DNA from: Nostoc sp.
GTDB lineage: Bacteria; Cyanobacteriota; Cyanobacteriia; Cyanobacteriales; Nostocaceae
Direction: 5' to 3'
Assembly (NCBI GenBank): GCA_036918135.1
Contig: JBALDB010000008.1
Location: 32,001-96,000, forward strand
Length of the DNA stretch: 64,000 bases
In this document: in pieces, positions 8,881 through 18,624 of the stretch
Position numbering within the stretch: the first letter of the stretch is position 1
Layout: each line of letters begins with the position of its first letter
Program-made: the position numbers and the translations under genes
The notes under the pieces: model-generated
What the model was told of the DNA's origin: nothing
Databases searched by the model: none
Seen by the model: only the letters and a program-made list of their open reading frames with translations

Positions 8881-10881
8881 ATGAGTAAATTGACTAACGT
8901 AATAAATAGTAACAATTTAACTTCCCTTGCTGTTCAACAACTTACACCAGAACGGGCAGAGGCTTATGGCGGTACTACGTCTGTAACAAGCACGACGAAA
9001 ACCAACATTAACAACATTGATGGTCTGTTAGCAGGAACTCAATGGCTGTCGAACACAGTGACCTTCAGCTTCACCGACGACTTTGTTAACGACTATGAAG
9101 ATGAGTCAGGCTATAGTAATTCGTCGGTACATGCAGCTAGCTTCCAAACCTTGAACGCCAGCCAGCGTGCCGTCGCCCGCCAATGGTTTGATATGTACGA
9201 GTCTGTCTCTGGACTCAATATGGTCGAACTGACTGATAATAGCGATCGCGATGCAACGATCCGCATAGCAGAATCGAACGACCCTAGCACAGCTTATGCC
9301 TATAACCCTGGAAACAGCGTCGAAGCAGGCGATGTATGGTTCAATACATTTTATTACAATAACCCAGTTATTGGCAGCTATGCCTATCATAGTTTCGGAC
9401 ATGAGTTTGGTCACGCGCTGGGACTGAAGCACGGTCACGAGACTGGTGGTATCTCAAACGTCGCAATGGATGCCAACCGCGACTCTATGGAGTTCTCGAT
9501 TATGACCTACCGCTCTTATGTGGATACCCCTCTTAGGGGATACTTCACAAACGAGACTTGGGGATATGCACAGTCGTTGATGATGTACGACATCAAAGCG
9601 ATTCAGCAGATGTACGGCGCGAATTTTAACTACAACTTTGGTAACACGACTTACACTTTCTCGACCAACACTGGAGAAATGTTCGTTAATCGCATCGGAC
9701 AGGGCACACCAGGTGACAACCGCATCTTCCGCACAATCTGGGATGGTAATGGAAACGACACCTACGACTTCTCAAACTACACCACTAATCTAGCGATCGA
9801 CTTGGAGCCAGGTGGATGGACTAATTTAGATGTCGGCGGTAACTTCCAGCGGGCCTATCTTGGTGACGACAACTATGCTCGTGGACATGTGTTCAACGCA
9901 TTGCAGTTTAACGATGACACGCGCTCATCGATCGAAAACGCCAACGGTGGATCGGGCAATGATAGTATCAACGGCAACAGTGCTAACAACGTTTTGTGCG
10001 GCAATGCTGGTAACGATACAGTCAACGGTGGCAGTGGCTATGATTACATGGATGGTGGTGCTGGTGTAGACACCGTTGATTACACATACTGGGGTGATGG
10101 AGGCACTTACAACCTGGCAACTGGTGTTGCATCCTTCCCATGTTTCTATGACGAGTATATTCTCAACTTCGAGAACATCCTTACCGGAAGCGGTAATAAT
10201 AATGTAATTGGTAGTGCGGCAGATAATATAATTGTCACTGGCGTTGGTAACGATACAATCAGCGGTGGAAGTGGCGATGATTACATGGATGCTGGTGCTG
10301 GTACAGACACCGTTGATTACACATACTGGGGTAGTGGAGGCACTTACAACCTGGCAACAGGTATTGCATCCTTCCCAAGCTTCTATGACGAGAATATTCT
10401 CAACTTCGAGAACATCCTTACTGGAAGCGGCAATGATAATGTAATTGGCAGTGCGGCAGATAACATAATTGTCACTGGCGCTGGTAACGATACAGTCAAT
10501 GGTGGATTCGGCAATGATACGATCGCTGGTGGATTTGGTAACGATATCCTGACTGGCAATACAGGTGCAGATTACTTTAAGTTTGAGTCTTTCAATGAAG
10601 GTATTGACCAGATTACAGATTTCCTCGTATCCAATGACACAATTGATGTTTCAGCGGTTGGTTTTGGAGGAGAATTAGTAGCTGGAACATTTATTACATC
10701 CGCTCAATTTGCGATCGGCGCTACAGCTACTGATGCATTTGACCGATTTATCTATAACAGCATTACTGGCGCTCTCTGTTTCGATCGAGATGGAAGTCTT
10801 GGATGCTTTACTCAAGTTCAGGTAGCTACGCTCAGTGCTGGACTTACCATGACCAATAATGATGTTTTCGTTATAGCTTAG
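8881..10881 (+). CDS. M10 (serralysin-like) zinc metalloprotease with RTX Ca-binding repeats
   Basis: HEFGHALGLKH zinc motif, SIMTY Met-turn, TIWDGNGNDTYDFS, GGxGxD repeats, cyanobacterial RTX C-terminal cap. Confidence 0.92.
   Translation: MSKLTNVINSNNLTSLAVQQLTPERAEAYGGTTSVTSTTKTNINNIDGLLAGTQWLSNTVTFSFTDDFVNDYEDESGYSNSSVHAASFQTLNASQRAVARQWFDMYESVSGLNMVELTDNSDRDATIRIAESNDPSTAYAYNPGNSVEAGDVWFNTFYYNNPVIGSYAYHSFGHEFGHALGLKHGHETGGISNVAMDANRDSMEFSIMTYRSYVDTPLRGYFTNETWGYAQSLMMYDIKAIQQMYGANFNYNFGNTTYTFSTNTGEMFVNRIGQGTPGDNRIFRTIWDGNGNDTYDFSNYTTNLAIDLEPGGWTNLDVGGNFQRAYLGDDNYARGHVFNALQFNDDTRSSIENANGGSGNDSINGNSANNVLCGNAGNDTVNGGSGYDYMDGGAGVDTVDYTYWGDGGTYNLATGVASFPCFYDEYILNFENILTGSGNNNVIGSAADNIIVTGVGNDTISGGSGDDYMDAGAGTDTVDYTYWGSGGTYNLATGIASFPSFYDENILNFENILTGSGNDNVIGSAADNIIVTGAGNDTVNGGFGNDTIAGGFGNDILTGNTGADYFKFESFNEGIDQITDFLVSNDTIDVSAVGFGGELVAGTFITSAQFAIGATATDAFDRFIYNSITGALCFDRDGSLGCFTQVQVATLSAGLTMTNNDVFVIA
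10009..10482 (+). repeat. 237-bp in-frame tandem duplication inside the protease gene
   Basis: Units start at 10009 and 10246 (79 aa each, near-identical DNA); a third partial unit starts at 10483. Confidence 0.9.
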
Positions 10882-11523
10882 TCAAAAACTTTGATGTTGT
10901 TGGGTTTCACTACGTTCAAACACCACTCCTGCTAAGAAGCCCGTCTACAGCAGTGGCTTTGTGTGGCTTGAAGAAGATTATAGACAGGTTGTCCAACTTT
11001 ACCTGACAAAAATGTGAAAAAAATAACATCAAGAAAAACTAAAGGAAAAGTTGACGAAGAGTAATATTAAAACAATGGCAAACTTTAGAGAGGAAGTGCA
11101 AACAAGCGCGAGGTCTATAAGCATTGTCACAGCTAGATAGATGTAACCACACCAATCATTGACTGAAGCTTATGGATATATCGGAGAGCATCATCCAATG
11201 CAACCTCAAGCAACCTGGGCAGAAGCATTCCGTGTGATGTGGAACTTGTTATTGGATGATGTAGTCGCTTGCGGATGCTATACACCGAGCGATCGCTACT
11301 TTATGTTTAATCTTTTAGAGCAACATAAAAAAATAGTAGTGTATGATACAGTTTGCTAGTAAATGTGCAAAGGCTGATTGCTTTGGGTAAACTATAAGAT
11401 TAGCTTATAAATAAGCCTCAAAAATCAACTTAAAATCAACCAGATGGCAAGTAAACTTCACAGGCTACTCGATAGTTGCGGTCTACAGCTTGGCGTAAAA
11501 ATTCAAGCATCTGTTTGAGAGTA

Positions 11524-11624
11524 AGGGACTTCCAAATAAAAATATTCCATCGCCTTTAGAGCAGGGAGAGAGAAAGTCGTTTTGATAGGCGTGAAATTGG
11601 ATAATTTATTTCTTGGAAGTCCCT
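11524..11624. repeat. MITE-like element
   Basis: TIR AGGGACTTCCAA ... TTGGAAGTCCCT; a related diverged copy at about 55179-55348. Confidence 0.7.
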
Positions 11625-11820
11625 AAACAGATGAGAAATATTAATAAAAAATTGGTATACCGATCAAAAGATTCTTCATTGTGACTACATCTAAAATATT
11701 GTAGTTTTAAATATGTTAAAGACTACTTTCATTTCGTATGAAGTTCAAAATGGCTAAATTATAAAAATTGAATATTTAGCTTTGACAAAATCCAATAAAT
11801 TTTGATGTTGGAGGTTTAAG

Positions 11821-12462
11821 ATGAAACTCAGTTTATCTAAACTATGGTTGATTCCATTGGTTTTAACCTCAGTCAGTTTTTGCTTAGATGCAGCGAAAGC
11901 GGCAGCACAAACCATATATCCATTTACTGGCAACTATCGTACTACAGTTAATATCCAACCCATATCAGGTAATGTTTCACAGGTATTTGAGACAGGTGTA
12001 AGTGATGATGCACCTTATAATTTAGGACTATATAAGGGTCTGACATATTCTGTAACTGATAATAATGGAAATATAACGTTTAGTAATAATCCAGAAGTTT
12101 TTGGTATCCAAGATTTTCCATTAGGCTACATCGTGTTTGGCAGTGGTACTAACAAGTTGTTTGGTACTAGTGATGCCAGTGCTTCAGTTAATTTTGAGAA
12201 TTTGACAGCTGAAGGTTCTGGCATCGTAAATATTACTGGTGGTGAGGGCATATTCCGAAATGCTACAGGCAAACTATTGTTCTCTGAAGAGGACACAGTA
12301 AACTTGGGAGCAACTATTACCTTGAATGGTTTAGCTTCAGTCAACGGTTCTATCGAAGTTACTCAGGCAATCCCAGAACCAACAACTATGACATCACTAA
12401 TTGGTATAGGTTTAATCGGAGGCGGTTTTCTTGTGCGTCGGTGCTATCGTCGATTAGCTTGA
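11821..12462 (+). CDS. PEP-CTERM sorting-domain surface protein
   Basis: Signal peptide ending AAA-Q; C-terminal IPEPTT + TM + RR..RR; GGAGG RBS. Confidence 0.9.
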   Translation: MKLSLSKLWLIPLVLTSVSFCLDAAKAAAQTIYPFTGNYRTTVNIQPISGNVSQVFETGVSDDAPYNLGLYKGLTYSVTDNNGNITFSNNPEVFGIQDFPLGYIVFGSGTNKLFGTSDASASVNFENLTAEGSGIVNITGGEGIFRNATGKLLFSEEDTVNLGATITLNGLASVNGSIEVTQAIPEPTTMTSLIGIGLIGGGFLVRRCYRRLA

Positions 12463-12629
12463 TTTTTTAACTTAGTCCGATTTTATCACTTTCAGAAAAT
12501 AAAAATAATAGCCAATTTATCAACTATAGATAGAATAAGAGTTTGAGGATTTATTTCCTAACAGAATGGCTCAAATCAAAGTTTTTGGAAAAGTTATTCT
12601 ACAGTAAGGTTTGCAGCTAAGGAATGTTT

Positions 12630-12900
12630 TGAACGACCAGTAAATGTGGTAGTCGAAAACGTAGTGTCGAGATGCAGGCGATGTCTGACGACAAGCTGCT
12701 TCTCTACAAGACGCACTCGCACTCGCGTCTACGTTAACGCAATCCTATACATATTATCTACGGGTTGCACGTGGCGAATGCTCCCGAACGATTTTCACGC
12801 ATTGGAAAACTGTGTACCATTATTTCCGACAGTGGGGTAAGGACGGGACGTGGCAACAAATTTATGAGCGATGCGAAAAGTGGGTGTGTCTGCACCGTTG
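12630..12900 (+). pseudogene. IS5-family transposase N-terminal fragment with nested SDR insertion
   Basis: VNAILYILSTGCTWRMLPNDF motif, then a frameshift to WKTVYHYFRQW; 49-nt insertion at 12683-12731. Confidence 0.7.
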
Positions 12901-13107
12901 GCTTTAGATGGCGATCGCTATTATGGATGGTATCGAAACCAGGAGTGTTAAAGGTGGATACTCACTGGAGCGTTTTAAGTTTAATTCCGGCTAGCTACTT
13001 AATAGGTAATTGGAATTTCTTGTTTCCCCATTCCCCATTCCCCATTCATGCTGAGCGGAGCCGAAGCATTACCGACCCTCACAGATATCATAAGTATTCA
13101 ACCGGAC

Positions 13108-13269
13108 ATAATATCAAAGAAGGAGATATTATCAAAGCTGGACAAGTAGTGGCAATTTTAGACTCACGTGCCCGCTTGCAAACTGCTGTACTACAAGCTG
13201 AAAAACAAGTTAGAGTCGCCCAAGCTAAACTCGCTCAGGTAAAAGCTGGTGCGAAATCTGGAGAAATTA
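13108..13269 (+). pseudogene. DevB/HlyD-type membrane fusion protein fragment
   Basis: [39 protein letters not shown]. Confidence 0.75.
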
Positions 13270-13566
13270 GCGATCGCTATATTAGAAGCTGTCGATTTGG
13301 CAGCTCGTGTCAATTATTACCCAGAGAATCTTTCAGGGGGACAGAAGCAAAGAGTTGCGATCGCTCGTGCTTTAGTCAGTCATCCTAAGATTGGCCTAGC
13401 AGATGAACCCACTGCTGCAATAGATAAAAAATCTGAACGCGATGTTGTGGAATTAATGCAGAAGCTGGCTAAAGAATAAGGCTGTACAATTTTGTTAGTG
13501 ACCCATGATAATCGCATCCTCGATATTGCCGGGCGCATCGTTTATATGGAAGATGGTCGGCTTAAG
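13270..13566 (+). pseudogene. DevA-type ABC ATPase C-terminal fragment
   Basis: [45 protein letters not shown], with an in-frame TAA at 13477. Confidence 0.8.
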
Positions 13567-13887
13567 AGGTTGTTTGAAAAGTCGAGCAGGTTGTAAAAAA
13601 GCTCTCTCAGTATACCAGGGCGATCGCTTACGATGCGATCGAATTGCTTTCTAATTGTTGATTTTCCCCTTGGACAATCCACTTAAACACCTCTGTGGCT
13701 ACTATTCCGAAAGCAGTTTGTACTGTAGATAGTAAAAATCCTAAAGGAGGAGTTAAAGGGGAAGAAATGTGCTTGTGTCTTTGAATAAACCCTTCAATCG
13801 GTCTATTATCTCGCTTTTGGTTTACTGATTGTGAATGTGAATCGCTAAAATCAAAGTGTCTACTTAATCGAATTTGCTCTAAAAGTT

Positions 13888-14256
13888 TTGGCTACTGTAT
13901 CTTGTCCCCGCTGCCATCAACTGATTGATAGTCAAGCTATTAGTTGTCCCTACTGCCGGACAACACTTAAAGCTTACGGTCATCCCGGCATTCCATTGCA
14001 TCGTGCCACTGGGGACGAGTATTTGTGCGACACCTGCACCTATCACGCTGATGATACTTGCAATTTTCCCCAGCGTCCCTACGCTAAAGACTGTACCCTC
14101 TACCAAAATATTGAACAGACAAAGTTAGAGTTGGAACAGCAGCGTTACACTAACAGTTTTGCTGTAACTGTGAAAAGTTGGGTAAAACGCAATCAGGCTT
14201 TACTGTTGCTATTAGGTTTATTATTGGTCTGTTTGTTCTTCAGTCTAGTAACTTAG
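13888..14256 (+). CDS. Zinc-ribbon membrane-anchored hypothetical protein
   Basis: CPRC..CPYC..CDTC..C..C motifs and a C-terminal TM. Confidence 0.75.
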   Translation: MATVSCPRCHQLIDSQAISCPYCRTTLKAYGHPGIPLHRATGDEYLCDTCTYHADDTCNFPQRPYAKDCTLYQNIEQTKLELEQQRYTNSFAVTVKSWVKRNQALLLLLGLLLVCLFFSLVT

Positions 14257-14268
14257 GTAAGTTTGAAA

Positions 14269-14293
14269 TAATCCCCCGTTAGCTGGGGGATTA
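14269..14293. terminator. Hairpin between convergent genes
   Basis: TAATCCCCC-N7-GGGGGATTA. Confidence 0.55.
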
Positions 14294-14317
14294 GTCATTG
14301 GTAACTAGCCCCTGACT

Positions 14318-16258
14318 TTAGGCTGTCGTAATTGTGGGCGTTTCCGGCTCAACCTGTATCGATGGTGCTTCTTCTTCAAATACTGCTAAGTCGAACCAAA
14401 AAGTGGTACCAATGCCAACTTCACTTACCAAATGGACTTTACTACGATGCCTATCGATGATGTTTCTGACAATCGATAAACCTAAACCCGTGCCTTCTAG
14501 GGTGTGAACTCGGTTTTCTACGCGGAAGAAGCGGTCAAAAATTGAGTGTTGATCTTCTATAGCGATGCCAATTCCAGTATCAGAAATTTCAATTCTGACT
14601 GGTGAAGATTGGGCGCGATCGGGCTTAGAATTTAGTTGATAAGCTCGGATTGCGACTTTACCACCAGCTTTTGTGAATTTGAGGGCATTACCAATCAGAT
14701 TACCAAATACTTGTAGCAACAAATCATAATTGCCTACCACCAAAGGTAAATTAGGGGCAACTTCTTGAATCAGTTCAACACATTTATCTTTAGCATTGAG
14801 TTGGTAAGTGCGTAGTGTTTGCTCGATCGCTTGGGTTAAATCTACTCCATCAAAGCTATAGTTGCGACCAGATTCGAGTTTTGACAAATCTAAAACATCG
14901 TTAACTAAGCGAGTCAGGCGATCGGTTTCATGGTTCACTGTTTGGAGAAACTCTTGGCGTTCTTTTATATTTAAGTCTTCACCGTAGTCGTGCAGGGTTT
15001 CAATATAGGTTTTGATGTTGAATAGAGGCGTTCGCAGTTCGTGAGAAACATTGCTGATAAATTGGCTTTTGGCTTCGTTTAATTCTACTTCACGGGTAAT
15101 ATCTTGGACAGTAATCGCAATGCCTTTAATGCTTTCTCGTTGCAAGTTGAGTACTGTAGTCAAGAGAATCCGGATTGTCCGCTGGATGGGTTGGTTGAGA
15201 AAAATCCGGAATTCGGCGCTTTCGCATTCGCCTGCGGCCATTTCGTACAAAGGGCGAGTGATTTCCATTTGTATTGCTGGGGGTAAGTGATACAACACAT
15301 TGTGCCCTACCACTTGAGCGGCTTCCCAACCAAAAATTTGCTGCGCTGTGGGGTTGACTAAAATCACCTCCATATTGTTATCAATCAACACAGCACCATC
15401 AGCGATGGTAGAAACTAAGGTTTCTAACTTGGCTTTTTCTGCGGTTAGTTCCTCGATATTTTGTTCTTCATAGCGCTCTAATCGCTCTGCCATATCATTA
15501 AAGCTGAAAATTAATTCCCCCAGTTCACCCCCTAAAGGTAAATTAATTCGCTGCTTGAAATTTCCAGTTGCAATTTGTTTCACTCCCGCTAGCAGTTCTT
15601 TAATCGGCTTGGTGATGGTCAAAGCGTTAATCACTCCTGCCAAAATCACCATTACCCAAATCGTAATAAAAACCGCAATGGTGACATCGCGGGTAAAATT
15701 TGTGGAGATGACAGCAGTCTGATTAGGATTAATGCCGATCGCTAATACACCTAAGTATTTTTTCTCGACGATCAAGGGAATAAATACATCCGTAACTGTC
15801 CCCGATGGGGTTGTATGTTGTCGCACCATCGGTTTTTCCCCATCACCAGGGTAATCTTCTGGCAGCTGTATCCGCCGCTCAATAGTAAGGGAGTTTTCTA
15901 CCTCCGGTTCCCAAAAAGGAATGCCAAAAAAGATTTTCCCAGTTTCATCAGCGTAGAGCATATAGCGCACGCTAGAGGTGCTGGTATAGAAGCGCTGGGA
16001 AAATTGGGCAACCTCAGTCAGATTATTATTAGCTACTAAGGGGGCAACGTTGGCAGCAAGCAGCAGTCCCAAATCACGCCCGAAGCGGGTGTCATTCATC
16101 CGTGCATCCTGCTGAATGGTGTTCACAGCCCAGAAGGTCAAACCACTCATCACTAGCGAAACTACCATTGTCGCCACAGCCAACAGTTTGGTCTGGAGGG
16201 TGAAATCAGACCACCAACTAGCGATTGCATCTCGAATTGTTTTAAACAGAGCTAGCAT
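14318..16258 (-). CDS. nblS: Sensor histidine kinase NblS/Hik33 (DspA)
   Basis: WWSDFTLQTKLLA..NDTRFGRDLGLLLAANV; TM-HAMP-PAS-HisKA (NVSHELRTPL)-HATPase (FRVENRVHTLEGTGLGL). Confidence 0.93.
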   Translation of the reverse strand: MLALFKTIRDAIASWWSDFTLQTKLLAVATMVVSLVMSGLTFWAVNTIQQDARMNDTRFGRDLGLLLAANVAPLVANNNLTEVAQFSQRFYTSTSSVRYMLYADETGKIFFGIPFWEPEVENSLTIERRIQLPEDYPGDGEKPMVRQHTTPSGTVTDVFIPLIVEKKYLGVLAIGINPNQTAVISTNFTRDVTIAVFITIWVMVILAGVINALTITKPIKELLAGVKQIATGNFKQRINLPLGGELGELIFSFNDMAERLERYEEQNIEELTAEKAKLETLVSTIADGAVLIDNNMEVILVNPTAQQIFGWEAAQVVGHNVLYHLPPAIQMEITRPLYEMAAGECESAEFRIFLNQPIQRTIRILLTTVLNLQRESIKGIAITVQDITREVELNEAKSQFISNVSHELRTPLFNIKTYIETLHDYGEDLNIKERQEFLQTVNHETDRLTRLVNDVLDLSKLESGRNYSFDGVDLTQAIEQTLRTYQLNAKDKCVELIQEVAPNLPLVVGNYDLLLQVFGNLIGNALKFTKAGGKVAIRAYQLNSKPDRAQSSPVRIEISDTGIGIAIEDQHSIFDRFFRVENRVHTLEGTGLGLSIVRNIIDRHRSKVHLVSEVGIGTTFWFDLAVFEEEAPSIQVEPETPTITTA

Positions 16259-16395
16259 CTTAAATAAAGTTGTTAGTAGTCCTTGTTATAAACCCCAACA
16301 ACTAAAAAATTAACAGTTAATTTGACAAATATGTTAGAGACGAGGGGGGAATGGCAAAATTCAGTAGATCGCAGAGTTTTCCCAAAGAGCGATCG

Positions 16396-16740
16396 CTAAG
16401 ATGCTACTGCAAAATCTGTGTACTGCCGCATCTTCGGCTCGTGGAATGCTAACACTATATCCTGCTTGGCAACACCTGCACGAACTAGGTCACTTGCGAT
16501 ACCATCTTCAGTCCAATCTTCCTCGATCCAGAATTTGCCATCTCGAATCCGAACATAGACAGTCATACCAGTAATGCGTTCGCCATTTTGCCAACCAAGG
16601 TTCATCCAAATATAGTGACCCTTTGGCTCATCCATAATCAAAAATGTTTCGATGTCTCGGTTGGAACGACGGTTACATAGTTCTACATACTCTGTTAAGA
16701 TACGCTTAATTATTTTAGGGTACTCAGTTAATTTATCCAT
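16396..16740 (-). CDS. xisI: XisI family protein
   Basis: GKFWIEEDWTEDGIASDLVRAGVAKQDIVLAFH; overlaps the xisH stop. Confidence 0.92.
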   Translation of the reverse strand: MDKLTEYPKIIKRILTEYVELCNRRSNRDIETFLIMDEPKGHYIWMNLGWQNGERITGMTVYVRIRDGKFWIEEDWTEDGIASDLVRAGVAKQDIVLAFHEPKMRQYTDFAVAS

Positions 16741-17144
16741 TGTCCGATCTCCTCTGTCTCAGTATCAACGACAATGAGTGGAAGTTGATGTTTCTGGAGG
16801 ATGAGTTGAATCACATCCTGCTGCAAAAAACTTCTGTAAGCGATCGCACCAACAGCCAGATAAAGTTTACGCTCTGGCGCTGTCTCCTCTAAAAGATAAC
16901 GATAGATGTCGTACTGACCCAGAGCCTCTTTTAAATCTTGTATTTTTGATGCCCCAACAAAACTTTTTACTTCAACAACAAGTTTTTGCCCATCTCGTTC
17001 AGCCGCAATGGGGCGTTCGGCACCCAGATCGGCGTACAACGTTGTTCTGCGATACTGAATAATGTAAGGATCGTCTGTAATCGTCCAGCCGTCCTTCATC
17101 AGTGCGTTTTTTATCGCATTATGGATAACGTCTAATTTGGGCAT
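16728..17144 (-). CDS. xisH: XisH family protein
   Basis: IHNAIKNALMKDGWTITDDP..DLGAE..VEVKSF..ALGQY. Confidence 0.92.
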   Translation of the reverse strand: MPKLDVIHNAIKNALMKDGWTITDDPYIIQYRRTTLYADLGAERPIAAERDGQKLVVEVKSFVGASKIQDLKEALGQYDIYRYLLEETAPERKLYLAVGAIAYRSFLQQDVIQLILQKHQLPLIVVDTETEEIGQWIN

Positions 17145-17291
17145 AGCTTAAGTATAAGTCAGCCTCGCTGGCTAATGGAAATTAGGGCTGACCTTAAAGC
17201 CGACATCAGCCTGTGTTTGGATTGGATACCTTGAACTTAATTAAGTTTTAAAGATATTGCAGGTATCTTAACCCATAAGTTTTAGAAAAAT

Positions 17292-17647
17292 TTACAAATC
17301 AACTTCTAACTCCAAATTAGTTTGCAAAGTATTCAGTCTAGGAGTGACCCATTTTTGATGCCAGTAGCTTACTAAATCTCTTTGAGTAAAGTCTTTCCAT
17401 ACCAGCTCATTTGTATCTCCTAACAGATACTCCTGCCAATTTTCAGCCAGAGTACAACGATAATATCCTCTTTGCCACCCTATACTAAGCATATCTTGTG
17501 ACAAACCAAGTTCATGCAAACCTCTTTTCAAGATACGCATTTTCCAATTAGGGCCTTCGCCAAATTTGTACGTATTAAAAACCTCGTCTGGTACAGCTTG
17601 CCTAATTAGTTCCCAGCTACCATTTGCTGTTATATGAAGATGGCTTT
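17292..17647 (-). pseudogene. DruA/DUF4338-like C-terminal fragment
   Basis: HLHIT..FGEGPNWKMRILKRGL..LG..RGYY..LAENWQEYLLG..YWHQKWVTPR matches my recollection of the DruA C-terminus; N-terminus absent. Confidence 0.55.
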
Positions 17648-18183
17648 GTGCGTCTGCTACGCAATTTATCAATCTTAAAGAGGATTGGCCCCTTATCCTC
17701 AAAAACTGTTTCTCCTACACAGAGATATCCAATCGCAGCACCGTTTTCATTCGTTTTATTAAGGATTGATTCTATCTCGCGTTTATTCAAATGTCTTGCA
17801 ATGTAAGAAACGATTGGTAGTTTCCTCACAGCCGTTGTGAAAGCAATCGTAGAGCCACTGTCTCTAAATGTACCTAAAATACGAACTTTATATGTGTAGC
17901 TAAACATCTTTTGTTTATCTCGCTCAGAAAGAGAGCTTTCTGCAATTCGAGCATAATGTACAGCAACTAAAGTTTTCTCTTATGACTTAAAAATAGGGTC
18001 TTCGTCGTAGATTTCGGCCTCAACTCTGGCCAGATATTTTGTATTACCCTCATCTTTAGGAGTTAAAACAATAAAATCACCAGTTTGTGGACTGGCTTTA
18101 GCATCTTCATAAGAAGAATAAATTAATAGCGCATCTTCAGTTGTCTTTTGACCGTATAAAACACCAAAGTCAGCCTTTGCCAT
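17645..18183 (-). pseudogene. HerA/DUF87-like ATPase N-terminal (HAS-barrel) fragment
   Basis: The ORFs 17980-18183 and 17617-17907 are one frame split by TAA; GDFIVL..YLARVE, VRILG..LP, IGYL..ILFKIDKLRSRRT ends just before the expected Walker A. Confidence 0.5.
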
Positions 18184-18624
18184 AAAGATTTTTCCTAGAA
18201 TCTGTCATGCATATCAAGAAAAAGATTTTCAATATTAACGTTATCCATTCTTTGATCTCTATAAAGAGAATAGTTCAATGATTTCAAGAATAAGCGCAAT
18301 TTCTAAAACTTCCTGACAGAATCCCAGTAGTGTTGATAGATTTGCACAGATTTGTTCTCTTTTATAGGCAAAAATATTATCTGGTAGATCATCTAAAAAC
18401 TTGAATAGACATTTTATTGGCTCTAAAGTTAGAAGCTCATGTTTACCATACCTGAGCATAATTAAATCTAGGCATCGTTAGCTACCCAATACCTGTTAAG
18501 TGTGGGGGTTGTCGATGGTGTGTACCCAATTATTAGCATAGTGGCACATAACAGAGCTTAATAACCCAAGAATCGCCCGCACACTATCTAAACATCACGC
18601 AATCGCTTATAGGACTTGCTCCTC

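Noticed and set aside
11159..11359. Short ORF
   Set aside because: TTG start and no recognisable motif; cannot be supported
12765..13388. 207-aa ORF as a real gene
   Set aside because: Chimera of IS5 debris, STRR/SDR repeats and a devB fragment
16396..17144. fdxN-type excision element
   Set aside because: No XisF recombinase or interrupted fdxN; xisHI pairs are commonly dispersed in these genomes
18259..18459. Short ORF upstream of the HerA-like remnant
   Set aside because: No recognisable family; noted only as a possible part of the decayed island
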